A DNA stretch of 64,000 nt, from positions 1,240,001 through 1,304,000 of the forward strand of contig JAYWIR010000035.1 in the NCBI GenBank assembly GCA_036172245.1, in the 5' to 3' direction. The first letter of the stretch is position 1. Each line of letters starts with the position of its first letter. The DNA comes from Raillietiella orientalis. Lineage: Eukaryota. Below the pieces are notes generated by a model. It saw only the letters and a list, made by a program, of their open reading frames with translations. It did not search any database and was not told the origin of the DNA. Of this stretch, positions 14,978-28,589 are shown piece by piece. The translations under genes were made by a program, and so were the position numbers.

Positions 14978-15491
14978 GTGAATATCCTGCGAAAACTACA
15001 CGAGGAGCAGAAAGGATCGAAGAGACGACGGTGTTGCTCAGTTCCTGAACAAGCAACAACACAGTCAATGAAAGTGGCGTTTCGAACCGTATCTTTGATC
15101 TTTCACATATCTTCAAGACCAAACGAATCTCCAGGAGCATTTTGCTTCTCCCCACGTTCCCCTGGAGACGGATGAAGTCTATATTCTCTGCTGAAATTAC
15201 CTTTTCTTGATTCAACGTCCAAGCGCTCGTGGCACTTTACAGATCTCTGCTCCTGGTGCAGTCTCCTTTGAAGATTTCTCAGACACCGCCAAACTTGACA
15301 TTTATCTTGTCATTGCGAAAAAAATGACCTCGCGTATTCTGGACTACGATGAGTACCAGGTCCTAGCACGGAAACTCAAGATGAAGGAAGCTGAGAGCCA
15401 TGCAAGGGACTTTCAAATTTCGAAAACGCCGAAAGTTCATTTTTGGCGACAAATGGAGCGAACGGCCAAGAAGACTTTGCATCCTGAGTGA
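14978..15491 (+). mobile_element. Helitron RepHel fragment
   Basis: ENYT..KRRR; FSPRSPGDG*SLYSLL (cf. VSP..GERYYLRLLL); APGAVSFEDF (cf. VPGATSFEDL); ILDYDEY (cf. LLEDDNEW); TPKVHFW. Confidence 0.55.
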
Positions 15492-15927
15492 AGGGGGCGG
15501 GAGACCTGGGTCTCTGTGGGAGCTTCAGTCTTTTCACCTGTTGCAATTCTAGATATTAACAGAATACATCCTTCTTATGATAGGCAGGCGTGATTTTCTC
15601 TCCCTCAATAACCACAGTCTTTTCTCCCATTATCCCTAAAACTGCTTTGCTAAAGCTTTTACGATTTGATCTTTGAGGGTGCCTTTCTATCCCTCTCTTG
15701 AGTTTTTTAATTTCCGATTCTTTTGTTCTTAATGTGCGCGAAAATAGGAACAAAACCAACCAGCATCCTGCAACGATTGGATGGGACTCCGTGCTAGTAC
15801 GGCTGCGTGTGCTGCATCATCATGGATGGACAGATGGAAGGACAAGCAGCCGAATGAAGTAGAACGATCTCTGGAATGAGCAGAAATCATTCGTTCTGGA
15901 AACTATTGATGCTAGAATGCCCGAGGG

Positions 15928-16050
15928 GGTTGGTGTAGGAGTTTGATAGGTAGGTAAAGGTGTTGTATAGGATTATTAAACAGATGGCGATTAAGATGGT
16001 TATGATAATAGTCGTGTAGTATGGTGAGATGTTCCATGAGGGGGGAATAT
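15928..16050 (-). pseudogene. cox2: NUMT: 5' part of mitochondrial cox2
   Basis: YSPLMEHLTMLHDY(+1 nt)IMTILIAICLMILYNTFTYLSNSYTN matches COX2 SPLME.L..FHD and the first transmembrane helix. Confidence 0.85.
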
Positions 16051-16064
16051 GAGTGGGGTTATTA

Positions 16065-16117
16065 CTAAGTATTATTAGTGGATTTTAAGTCCAATGCATT
16101 AATTCTGCCATATCAGA
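16065..16117 (-). pseudogene. trnL2: NUMT: mitochondrial tRNA-Leu(UAA), 3' acceptor strand missing
   Basis: TCTGATATGGCAGAATTAATGCATTGGACTTAAAATCCA directly after cox1; TGGA/TCCA anticodon stem with TAA anticodon at 16087-16085. Confidence 0.85.
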
Positions 16118-16238
16118 ATATAGATGGTAGTTCTGAGAATGAATGGAATGGATTGTAGTAGGTGCATTATGGAATCATTCTAGTGAGTGTGATGATGAAA
16201 GATGGGCAATGGTTGGTTGTTTATTGATGAGTCTTCTA
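16118..16238 (-). pseudogene. cox1: NUMT: 3' end of mitochondrial cox1
   Basis: Invertebrate mitochondrial code gives LINKQPTIAHLSSSHSLEW(TGA)FHNAPTTIH/HSFSELP, the COX1 C-terminal pattern, with a short frameshifting CATTC duplication. Confidence 0.88.
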
Positions 16239-16239
16239 G

Positions 16240-16385
16240 ACCATACAAACCACATAAATTTTCAATACTTTTCACTATTACTATAAAATAAAATTTTTTA
16301 CTAATAATTCCACATTTAACTCCAACAAAATCCAAATAATTATCAACAGTAAATCAATTTGCTCCTACCCAAATTACATAGGTGA
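16240..16385. other. Probable second NUMT piece in inverted orientation, possibly mitochondrial rRNA
   Basis: Abrupt skew switch at ~16240 from G/T-rich to A/C-rich, very AT-rich. Reverse complement ATAGTAATAGTGAAAAGTATTGAAA loosely resembles the arthropod rrnL 5' region. Confidence 0.4.
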
Positions 16386-16769
16386 GACCAAAATCCAGAT
16401 GCCCGAATTCTAATCACCGTAAAGGACAGGACGTGCTCTTCCTTCTTAGTATCTAAATCCTGGGAAAGAAAAAGAGGAAGAACGAAAGGGAACTCTTGGA
16501 CTCAACTTTTTTAACCGTCGAGGAAGAGAATTTTCTCTGGAGCTTTGATACCATCCAGAGAAAGTTTGACTACCATTCCAAAATTCTCGTCGAGCACATT
16601 TAATACATTTCAGTGGCGTTCCGATCCGATGACCTGATTTCGTCAAATTTAGGCTTTCTTAGACGCACCCGGATCACTCTCTAGGTTCTCACGCTGAGAT
16701 GCAAGTCTTTATTTACCGAAAAGTTGAGTTTTCTCCAGCGTGCATTGGAACAGATGTGTCCGCTGGATG

Positions 16770-17300
16770 TCCTCGCTATCCTAAACACTCGAGATTCAAA
16801 ACTGTAACAAAAAGAACAGTTTTCTTTGTATGCAGTGTGAAGCAACATCAATTTTTTTCATCGATATCACCAGTTGAAAAGGGAAAGAAAATGATGCCCG
16901 GAAATGAGAGAGGAGCAAATGATCGCTTCACTGTGACCATCTTCCGAGGTCTTTTTGTCATAGGAATCGAAGAAAATACAAGAAGCCGAAATCAGGTATC
17001 CTGGAATCCGGTATATCCACTGCAGGCGTGTGCCCGTTGTGATACAGAAGTGTTTCAAAGTGATCGGAGGAGAAGGAAAGTGGAGCTTACCTTGCAAGCA
17101 TGCGGCAACTGGAGATGATAATCTGTTTTTTGTATTTTTTTTCTTCAGAAACTGCCCACCTCGTCCAACACCTTGCAAGCAGAACCCATTCGTGCTTATG
17201 CCAGAAGCATCATCAGTCATTCGGCGTTCCATCACTTCAGCTACGCGGCAGATAAATATCGTGCAGCTATGATGCTGCGTACCTCTCCGGTAAAAAGGTT
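16770..17300 (+). mobile_element. pogo/Tigger DDE_1 transposase remnant
   Basis: KMMPGNERGANDRFTV (cf. KSMPGFKASKDRLTL), LFVIG...NTR, PVY..Q...CDTEVFQ, NCPPRP (cf. DNCPAHP), FVLMPEASSVI (cf. FLPPNTTSLI), KYRAAMM, in order across frameshifts. Confidence 0.55.
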
Positions 17301-20004
17301 GAAAGTGATCTTTCTTAGGATTCCCTTGGCCATCCCTTGGATGCGATCGAGTGTTGTGCTGTGAAAACAACATTTCTATAATAAAACTCACGAAAATAAA
17401 ATCAGACAGAGCAATCAATAGAAAGGGATTGTGAATGCTATAGAAAAGCCTGTTGGCATGGTGCTTGGGGCCTCGAAGGGGCTTCAAAGAGGAGCATGAG
17501 ATCTGCAGCAAGCGCGTGGATAAAATGCAACTCTTTCTCAAACACAGTAGCATTCGAATGCTGGATACTGGAGTCATTTACGATTTACATATAAATATGT
17601 TCATATTTACGGTGATGTTTTCGTGAAGTCTTAATACAATGAGGGTATGGGCTCTAAAATGCTGCAGAGCTGTGGGGTTGTTCCTCAACGAAGATTGCGC
17701 GATCACCATTAAAGCAAGCTTGGCGTTCGGGGTAGCAAGATTTTGGGGCGCAGGGCGTCAAACGCCGAGGGATCTAAGATGGAAGCAAGGCAGAAAGGTG
17801 AGTGCATCCAAAACAGAACAAGGGCGTTATCTGAACCACTGACCCTGGTGCAAGGAGTACTGCGGTGGGTCAGTCGAAAGGCAGCATTTCCTGATAAGCT
17901 TGCGTGCTCCTTCCAGCTGATTGTAATGGGAAAGAGGGAGGAAGTGACGCAGATTACTCGGGAACCATGAAGGCTCCTAGGAAGAAGAAGAAGAAAAAAT
18001 GCTTTAGATTTTATTTCCAGAGGCACATCATACTGAAGATACGTGCTTTCTGGCAACTCGTTTATCAAACAGATCGGAAGGAGGCGAAAGAGGGAATGGA
18101 AACAAAGCAGCGTAAAGACAAGAAAGATGCTCATGGCTTTTCTTTTTTTGGGGGGGGGGAAAGGATGGAAGAAGATTCTTGGTTTTCATTGCAATAATTT
18201 GCTCGATCAGCGCAACTGAAACGACAGAAATCCATAAATCCAAACGCGCTTACTGAACACACTGAAATTTGTTTTCGTTCATGCCATCTCCAACTCTTCT
18301 CCCGAAGGCCTCCTTAAGGAGCATTCGGGAGAATCCCAAGCAGTGACCAGTGGACTGCAAGACAATCAGTATTCACAGTGAATTCCGCGTTTTCAGTGAG
18401 TTGCTATTTCTTTTTCAAGATGTCATCCGCGGGTCAGTTGCCATAGCATTGTATGTTTTCCTGATTAAGTCTTTCAGAGTATACTGTTATAAGACAGTAC
18501 TGTGACACGTAATAAATCTGCGGTAACTCAGGATGATAAATAATTCGACTTTAACCAATTTTATGGTGCTTTGTTTTGCACACGAGGATGGAATAAATTT
18601 TTCTTCTGCTGCATTTGAATTAAAGATCTCAAAGTTAATAGATTGGATGATCACGTGTGAGATTAGCATTGCAGACAGGGAGGCAAGAAATTCCTGGAGG
18701 AGTAAATGTAAATGTAAAAGATACTGGGATCTGATAGCATAAAAATTCGTTAAATAGCAATGGATTCTCCAAAGATGCTAGCAATTCAGGAAATAAGCGA
18801 CACAGTTTTTTTTCTTCTTTCTCTCTTCTTCTTCTTGGTATCATGTTTTTCATCCATAGAGATCTCAAGGTCCTTATGATGTGTTCATGAGCGCATGAGC
18901 AACAAGCAATGATGGTAGTCAGGTAGGTGCGTGTTCACGACGTCAATTTCTCTTCTACAGTGTCTTCAAGCGCATTTTCCACGATGCTTTTGAGTTTCTT
19001 TTTCCCCCTGCAGATTGCATTCCTAGAGCTAGCAGACTTCGCTCATCTGATGATGTTGTTAGTGCTTTACGGTGTAGGAAAGCGTATATCTTTCCTCATG
19101 TGCTGCCTCCTGACCGCTTTGTAAACACGCCTCTCGACGTTCAAACGTGTGGCTTATCGATCGACATGGGTCCCCTCGTCCATGCCCCTAAAAGTGAGTA
19201 TATCTTGACACCCTGATTGATTTCTGTCAGGGATCAGATGGGGACAGTGTGCTGTGTTCCACAGATTCATCTCTGCAGTGCAGGCTTGTAAATCGAAGCT
19301 GAATGCAGATTACACAAGAAAAAGAAAAGCTGAAGAAATTATGAATTATTGTGACGCGTGAAGGAGAAAATGGTCTTTATCTCCTTTTCAAGAACAACAG
19401 GGAATGATTCGTGAAAGATAGCCAAACAGTGGAACGGAAAAGCAGATCAGAATTCCAAGGTGAAAGATTTCAGTATTTATGAAAAGTATGAACAAGGCAG
19501 TTGCCTAGAAGACGGAAAGTGCTCGAAATGAATAAACACATGCAGAGATACTTGAAATGATGAGGCATTCTGGGTCAAAAGACAATCCAGAGACAAACAC
19601 AAATGCAAAAGAGGTTACAAGAAATGAATGACCAGCAACAACTATTCACTAATGCAACTCTCAGCTGCTTGGCCTCCTTAACATCGTCCTGCGGGTAAAA
19701 GTCTTCGTTATGCTGGTGTGCAGGTGGTTTAACCTTGACTTTGGTATCAGCCTGAGATCGTGGCACATTCCAAGTCTTCCAAGAGTAACACACACACTCC
19801 TCTACGACCAACGTTGTGCCACGAAACTCCTCACCATCTTACTGCTTTCACGTTTCGAATCCTGGCAGATTCCCAGTGCTAAAAAGGAAAAAGTTGAGCT
19901 CCATCGACGGAAGTATCGCTCGATTCCCTGCTTCCTTAAAATCTGAAGTTGCATCTGAACACATCAGCACGCGGCCCTAGCAATAGAGCACTCTTGCTCT
20001 AGCC

Positions 20005-20300
20005 CATTCTTCACCCCACAGAAGATGCAGCCGTGTGCTTTCTGAAATGCAAGATGCAGAAGCGATCTGATGGTGTCTTGGTTCAGATGACCATCCAAGC
20101 ATGGACGGCAGGGGTGGTGTTAGTTCTGCAGTGCTTTTGGGACACTTGGTTATACCGGGACGCTTATTGCAGCTGGCAACAACAGCAACAGGGAAAAATG
20201 AAGTAATCCAGACTCGGAGGCGGGTTCCTTCCAAAGTTCGAAGGATTCTGGATGAGCTAGCTTCTTGCCAGCTCACTTGCCAGGGAGGTCTTCCTGGCAG
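20005..20300 (+). mobile_element. Remnant of a transposon-associated ORF with a C-terminal Cys-rich (CXC-type) region
   Basis: LHPTEDAA...I*WCLGSDDHPSMDGRG...ILDELASCQLTC resembles LPPT.DA...IW...P.P...GW...LLEL+SC.C. Confidence 0.35.
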
Positions 20301-23300
20301 AAGGAGTACTCTGAGTGATTTTCGGGCCCCACAGCTTTCGTCTCAGCAGGAGACATGGGAAGACGTTTTTAGCATGCATGTTCAGGGAGTACGCTATCTT
20401 ATCGCATAGGTGCAGGCGATTTGTAGGCTGCTGGAATTCGTGTCTCATATGCATACCATCAGAGTGGTGGTGGTGGAAGAAATGCCGAAGCAAAATTGTT
20501 TTCTGATGAACGATTATTTTTTCCGAAACTTCTTCCGTTTCCTGAGGCTAACCGGAGTGCACTTTTTTTTTTTTTTTAAAAAAAAAAAGGGGTGCATCTC
20601 AGTGCTAAGATGAGTTCTCTACACTTCCACTAGCGAAGAAGCTTTTGGAAAATAAATTTAGCAAAATTGCCCATTTTGTTTTTTATGCTCTCAGGAACTC
20701 CGCGGACGTACTGCAAACAAATTTCTGTGTCATCTAGACAGATCCTTTCCTAGAGAAGTTTCTCCCCTGCAAACATCGCTATTACTGCCGTCGCAGGTTT
20801 CCTCTTCCTTGGCCATCTTGGCCCCTTTCCTTTTTCCATGAACCGGATGGCTCTGGAAGCTTTCGAAGCTGCTCATTCCTAGGGAAATGAAGGTTCCCTA
20901 AGCTGGCGAAAGTCGCTTTTAAGGGGGCATGATGTTGGTGGGAGCTCCATTTACTCCTCTGGAAAACTGGAAGACTCCTGAAGGTGCACTGCTCGAGAAG
21001 ACCCGCAGGATTCTGCTCCTTGAGATTCTCGCCTGACGCAGGCTCCACAACAGATGCGTGAACTTGAGAAAGCCTGGTAGTCAGCTGAACTCTTCTATGC
21101 TGAGGAGCGAAAGCAGGAAATCACGCTGCAGCAAAGTAGATCGAAAGCCACGAATCAATCGATGTTCTGGGTAGCACCTTCGAAGGTGAGTAGCAGATTT
21201 TTGGTTACGCTGAGGAAATAGGGAAAGATTGGGAAGGCTTGCCTCCAAGCCACGATGGAGTCACATCACGAGAAGCAAGGGACAGTTCTCAATGGTAGCA
21301 AGTCATCCCTACTGATGCCAACCGTAGTTCTGTGACATTCGGGTAAGAATGGAAAACTGTCGATTGCGCTCGCGGCATGCTTCGACACAGAGAATTTTGG
21401 TACTCCTGCAAGAATTTCAGATGCGAGAGAAAACTCGAGATTAAAGCTTTTTTTTTTTGAAAAGTCAGGACACCCAAGTGAAGTGACAGCGTAGAAACCA
21501 AACAGAACGTGCGATGTAAACAAATGAAACACAAAAGCGTCGATTTTTACATTTTCATATCGAGGGATCCATCACTTGCTTTGATGCATTTCCAACGGAT
21601 AGATGACTTTCTTCTTCTTCTTCTTTCTCCTTTTTCGCGTTTTCACGGCGAAATCCATTTCCTCTGTAAATAGAAAAGCAAGAAAGGAGATTCCAGATTT
21701 TAAATCGTATTCGAGACCGGTACTTGGAAGAATTCTGTCAAGGCGGAGAAGACGGGAACGATCAGTCAGTCGCCGACCCAAGGGGTCACAACCACCATCA
21801 GCACCGAACGGGAAATGCGAAAACAAAGTTCCCTAAGATCATCCAGGGCAGAGTTCACCGTAGACCTGGTCAAAAGCAACAAGCAATGATTAGAGTGATT
21901 TTAATCGAGTCCTCGTCAGCTTGAACTCCTTCCAAAAAGGTCTTCACAGCGAGTTCTCTCAAGAGGGAGATGTGGTTCCGCAGGCAGGAAGAATCACAGT
22001 CCGGAACGATTCTGGAATCATGGGAAAATTTAGACAGTAATAAAATTATCGTTCGTTTCAAGGTTAACTAATTCTTCCCTCCTACCACAACATGTTCTTC
22101 GCTCACCGGTCACGTGGGGCGGTGATTAGGCGCTTCCTAATGCCCTGGGATAAGGGGATTACTCTTGCTTCCGAGACACGGGAAAACATTCAGCCCGTTT
22201 TCCGAAAACAACCGTAGGAATCCGATGAGTCGCCGAATGGAAAAGCGTCAAGTGTTGCCTGCAACCCCAGGGATAGCTCTTGCTCTGTCATCCGTAGAGA
22301 TGTTCCCTTCCAGTAGCTCGGAGCGCAAAGATTTGCGGCGGCAGAAGATCCCAAGCAAGAAATTTCCATCCGAAGCTGGTGAAAACAGCTCGAAAGCTGC
22401 ACTGCAAAGAGTTTAAACAGAATTATGGAGCTTTCAAGGACCGCCAGCGAACAAGAGATTACACGAGAATTTGGTTCCTAATAAAAAGTTTCAAGTAAGT
22501 TCTTTCATCACACCACGATGGAAATTTCCGGGTGGAAGCGAAGAAACGTGCGTCTATTTGGCCATCTAATCAGGAACAGTCACGATTGGCAATCTGTGGT
22601 TACTTTCGTGCTAATACAAAGAACTCCGCTTCCGAGGCATGACTTGCATGTTTGCGGTTGTGCAAGGGTCAGGTGTGAAAACACCCGACGGTAAGGCAAA
22701 ATGCATATCCTGAGCCAACGGTATATGAAAAGGAAAGACAATACCTATTATGATTTAACACAATGTGGGTTGCTTGGTTCGGTCAAAGACGCAGACCCGG
22801 TCCTCACCATCTTCGAAAATTTTTTAGAGAAACTCGGGAAAAAAAAGAAAGAAAAGATCTCATCAAAATATTTACTGGAAGGCGAACAAAGAACAATTTG
22901 CAAATCGCTGCCAAATTCCGAGATAAAAATTGCAATTACAAAAGAGGGATGCAAGCTGTAGGACTTGGAAGTTAACGGTATCAGAGAGGAATGTTTCTTT
23001 TTTTTTTTTTTCCAGTGACCCTGAAAAAAGAATTTCTGAAACAAGGATGGAAAATGCAAGAAACGACCTAGCAAACACGAGAAAAGATCCATAAGAATTT
23101 AGATGGGTTCACGTGTCAATTTATACGATAATAGAGTATTCTTTGGCATTTGCAATGGGATGGATTTGGATTTTCCATTGAACGATGAAGTAGAATGTGT
23201 GTCTTAAAACGGTACATACGTGATTCCACAAATATAAGCTGTATGAAATAGGATGCAGTCGCTGGCTCTTGGCTCTTGGAGTGGCTGAACGTAATCGCCA

Positions 23301-26300
23301 AGTTTGGAAGAGTGATCTTTAGCAGGTGGGATCGAAAAAACAATAAATAAGATCGCTATATTTTCCCAAAACACATATAGGAGGAGTTCCGCAATCATCA
23401 TCTAGTTTGGATACTATAGATGATGTTTATTAAGCTGAAGGGTAAGGTTCTCACTGGAACTTGCAATGTCTTTACCCTTGTGAAACTTCTCAGATGTTGG
23501 CATATGGAACGATACAGCCACTGGTACATACTGCCAAATACTCCAAGAAAAATCTGGCTTTGCCCGGTGACGGGAAACTCATCTCGCAGATTGACAGTAT
23601 TTTACAGTACTGATTGCCAAGTCAACCGCACTTGTCTTCTTACCCGCTCAAGTGAAACTCTTTGATGACCTCATGTAGCAAGATGTAAAACTCTGCTAAG
23701 GAGGCATACAAAAAATAAAAAAATGATTGGTGAACAAACTTCATTGCTTAGAGCATTGGAAAGAATTTTGGAGGTTCCTGCAAAAGATAATTATCAGGTG
23801 CTCGTCACAAGAAAGAGCTGATAACCAAAACCCAGAAGATAGCAAGGACTTATAAATCTTTCTCGCTGAAAACACGAAGCATCAATAAAAAACATGACTG
23901 AGAGATTGTTAATGAACCATTACTTTGAATTTTCCTTCAAGTGTACGTTGGCAAAACGTGGAACCTGGAGTTCATCGAATGACAATGGCCAAATGCCATT
24001 TCGTCAGAAAGAGGAAAAGAGTTATCTACGTGTTACAATCAGTAAGACTGGAAATGAGTGAAGTATTTCGCAGAAGAGATTCAAAGAAGCACAAAATCTA
24101 TGATGCAAATAATACATGTACAGTTATCTACCGGCTCTTCAGAAAAATAGGCATAGAGTTATCGTTAAAAGAGAAAACTCGTCCGAGGGCAGATTATTAA
24201 TCTGATACCACAGCCTCCTCCTCTTCAGTGAAATATCTCTCTTCGACATGTCCCCAATCTGAATAACTGTTTTTCTCGTCCTACGGAGAAGATACTTTGC
24301 CAGCAAAAAATATCTACAAGGAAGCCGTTCTCCCAGCAAATGATGTGTTTTGGAGATCTTGAAGGGAGCACGAAAGAAAGACGCTCGAAATCAACGAGGG
24401 AACTCAGTGACCCCAGTAATTCGAGCTGATTCCGAGCGACGTTGGGAAGGTTGATAACTTATCAGGACAGAAATTCAGCGATTCCTGTTAAGTCTCATAT
24501 CCGTCCTGCCTTTTTTTTTTTTTTTTTTATTTTTTTTACTTATTTTAAAAGGGAACTTTCCAGAAAGGCATGTTTTGGAAGCTTTAAAGCCGATTCATAT
24601 TGCGGAGAATAAAATGAATCTGCAGGAGTTGCTAGTTGTTAGTAACGCTGATGCCTGTTCCATGGCACCCAAAGGTGTCTCGGTTTCAAAGGGTAAATCG
24701 ATCCCTAAGATTTCAGTCACTCCCCCCTTTGTCATTTCCGCCTCCTCGTAGTTTCTGCACTCAGCGTCCGGAAAATTTTGCTCTCTCGAGGTGCGGTATT
24801 CTTCGCTAAATGGAAACGAAAACTCCCCGTTGTCATGGTTAAGGAAATGCTGATTTCTCGGCATTGCATGCCACCCAGACATCCAAGGATTGAAAATTGG
24901 AGCTTCTAACCTCAGGGATCACGAAACTTTCGAGTACCCTCTAAGCAGATAGCAGGATTCATCCAGAAAAGTATGCCGATGCTGCATGTTTTTGACCTGT
25001 GACCTGATTTATGAACACCCTGAACTTTGGCAGCATCCGAAACTGATACTCAAGACGCTCTGTTTTTCTTTAAGAGCACCCGTGTGCACGAGATTTATGC
25101 GACTCTTTGCACTACTTATGCGTCACGGATGAGGAAACTTCGAATTCAAGGAAGAATGCAGCGCACTCAATTTGCAAATCAGAAAAAAAAGAAAAAGAAG
25201 AGAAAAAGGAAAAAAAATGCCAAAGAGGAAAACTCTGCAAACTGCAGGGTTCGAGTTTTTCCTTCTTGGAAATCATTGCCCTCCCTTTCTTTCTTTTTTG
25301 TTCTTCTGTACAGCTCTGAAACGGCTCGCTAAGTTCAAAGGACACTGCGTTCTGCCTACAGCTGTAATTAGCAAGCGAAGTTGGTCAAAACGCCGGTCCT
25401 CGGCGGAGCATTCCTTTTCAGGGAACGGTCGCTGTTCATTCTTGCTGCTGCCGATGACCACGTGAAAGCACCCAACAAAATTCAGGATGGAAACTCCGAC
25501 GCCCAGAAGGGAACTTCGAAGGGCACACTGGGGTAGCAAACAGACCTTCCTGCCGTAGAGTAAACAAACCGTCGCGTCTAAGAAGAGTCCCTTCTGGGTG
25601 GAATCGGAGCGAAATTCCCATTCCATCAGAGCATTTACCAAATATTGTTTCCCACGAGAACCCCAATATATGGGTCGGATATCCCTATAAAGGCTGATAA
25701 ATCAGCGCTCAGAGACTCCACTTTAACGGAAAACCTCTGGAGATCATTCATTTGTGCACACTGAAAGACTTCGGGGTGTTTCCAAGGAAAGCTGTTGGGC
25801 TGCTAATGCTGTTGGACTGATGCGATTTCCCGGCGCACGCCTCTTGAAGGAAAGACAACAGTCTCTGGTGTGCTAAGTAATTCAGCCCACGACTCGCAAT
25901 CCTCTGGACCAGCAGCTAGAAAGTTACCTGGATGCCTCTCCTCCTCAAAATCTCTCCACCTTCCACTTTACTTTACTTTTTCTCTTTGCACCAGTCTTCG
26001 CTCCTCTGTTGCGCTCCCAATCACGACCTGATGTGTGCACACGCAGTCTTGTCAGTAGGCGAGACTAAGATCAAAAGATCGAAGTGCAGCCTCAGCGGTA
26101 TTTCGATGATTGTCAAGCATTGGTTGCTTTGCACTATCATGGGTCATACTTGCTCGGTGACTTAGACTAGAGCCTGTGAAACGAAGTAGTTGTCGGGGTC
26201 TCTGAGATGCACGCCTTCACTGCTCCTGGGGAGCTGATCGATGGATCTGTAGCGGAGCCACCTCACTTGCTTTCTAAAAGCACACCGCCCCAAGTAGTTG

Positions 26301-28589
26301 CCATGGGGACTTTTCCGCTTCACGCGATGCTGAGAATACGTGTTCGAGGGAGGGAGGATCTTAGAGTGAGTTCGCCATCCTGTAAGGCTGTGCTCTCTGT
26401 TTCAGCTAGAGGCTGAAGGAACGCAACCCCTGGAAGGAGAGGCTGAGGGGAAACCGCAAATAGCCGATGACGCTAGAGGATGTAAAATCAGCCGTTTTTG
26501 CAGAAGATTCTTGGTCTGGAGCTCAGGACAATTCCTTAGTAGGGAGACGAGATCACCTGGGAACGAGAAATTGGAGTTGCGAGCTACTCCAGAGGATCCC
26601 TTCTCCTGCCGCTCACGAGGAACCCCTGCAAGACCACAATACCAGGGGTGGGCTCCGTCCTTAGGGCGCATCGCCGTGTAATGTTGATCAGGATGAAGAG
26701 GTGCTTCCAAGTTACGGTAGTCGCCTAAGCCGTCCTCACAAGAGCTGGCAAATGAGTGTCCTTGCCTCCTGTTTCCCGATCCAGGGTTGTGACCGTTGCT
26801 ACACGAATGGCCTTGCTGTTAACGCGGACTGAGTGGGAAAACCACACACACAAAAAATCGGAAATAAAGGACTTGAAATCCAGGAGAAATTTCAAGATTT
26901 GCGGCCCGCGACTCTAGGTTGTGGCTCACGTGGTCGACTCTTTTTTTTCAGGAGTTCCGCCTAACAGGCGAATTTATTTACGGTCGTCCTCATTGCCCGG
27001 GTGTCCGTGGAAGCTGCCAGACGAGGTGCGGTCACACGAGCTGGAACGCGAAGAGTCTTGGGGAAGTGGGCACTGTCACCACCTTCCGTATTCGCCTTTG
27101 CTTCCCTGCTTCATGCATGGGGATCACCTTGACTCTGGCGAGAAGACGCCGACCGGGGAACACCTCGTTTCCCTACCACCATTCGCTCCACAGGACCCTC
27201 TCCCGGGAGCCTGTTTGTTCACTGTGCTGGCTGATCTCGGGTGGCAACCACCAAGTCCATCTTACTTCCACACGGCTCTTTGTTTTCGAGAAATCTCGAC
27301 TTCTGGTTTGCGAGACTCGATGGTGACTCTTCATGCTGTCTTGTTGGCTTTCTTGGAAACAGCGTTACTCCATGAAATGAAGGGTGGATAACCTGGCGTT
27401 ATTATGGAAAATTATGGATCCTAGAAAGTTTCCATAATTTTCTTGGAAGCATTTCCTCCTTCATGGGGAAGATTTTATAACAATGACAGCCAAAGCTCCA
27501 TTCTAGATCTTGTTTTCCGATCTTGGGATTTAGGAAGAAAAAAAATGTGCCCTTTGTTTTTAAACTCTATATAGCCTTCTTGGCATCTATTTCGCATCTG
27601 TTTCTAGAGCTCATTCATGTCCCTCTTGTTTATAGGCAGCAATCTTTGGCAGGATTGTTTTTTTCTTTTTTGGTTCCTTTATTAGCACACGAAAATGCAA
27701 GCTGGAAGCCTACCGAAGTTACTAGGAAGACGAGGCATGCTGAGATGCATGACTGGGATGCGCAGAATTACCGTCATAAAACTCGAAGCACGCGCAGGAT
27801 TCTTGTGCACGGCTATGCAAAAAGGCGTGCAGCTCTCAGGACAACTGGCCTGCTCGGTTGAATTACGGCGGCCGAGAACAGGGGGGGTGGAATTGATGAT
27901 CACAGGGATCGAAGGGGGGGGAGGAAGAAAGAAGGGAGGGGGGAGGAGGAAAGCTCTGTTTTAAAGTTGAATAAATCAGGGCATCGGAAAGAGAATTCAT
28001 TGCGTTCGATCCGTAGCCTCCTCAGTACCCCAGAGCGTTTTTCTGGTTGCCATTCGGAACTCGCCAGCGGCCAAGCCAAGGTGACCTCTAGATTGGTTCC
28101 AACCGGCAGCAGCAACAGCTAGAAGCACAGAACTTGAAGCTGCGCCTCCGCTTCGGGATCCGATCTTTTACCGTGAGCCAAAACCTCGAGACTCAACAGT
28201 CACTTCATCTGGACACTCCCAGAAAATCAGCATCGAAATTTTCCTTGAAATGGAAAGGAGTTACCACTGGGGGAGGAGACAGGACGGAAGCAACCCGAGC
28301 TAATTCAAGCTGAGCATACAGTGGACAATGACCGAAGGGAAGTGTCTCGAAGAACAAGTCCTCCTTTAAGTAATCTCATCCGCTCATCATTTCAATGGAC
28401 AGCAAAGTCTCAAGGGAAGGACTAGGTACCAAAAACTCTTGCCCCTCTGGAAAATCCTGCATGATCCTCCAGAGGAACAGTTACACCACAATTCCGTCAA
28501 AGCATATGTCTGCATAAGACGTGCTTTAAGAAGTGCTCTGCAGATCGGGACCATAAGGGGGAAGGGTGCGAAGCTGACCTCCATTGCCG

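Noticed and set aside
15912..15924. CGGGCATTCTAG on the minus strand as a Helitron 3' end
   Set aside because: No upstream hairpin, next base is not T, and it is opposite in strand to the nearby Helitron fragment.
25455..25680. IGVLVG..IW and FCWVLS, BEL/Pao protease-like (minus strand)
   Set aside because: Too short and degenerate to call.
27015..27110. HTS...HHLPYSP, mariner/Tc1-like
   Set aside because: Two short motifs only; the catalytic D context is absent.
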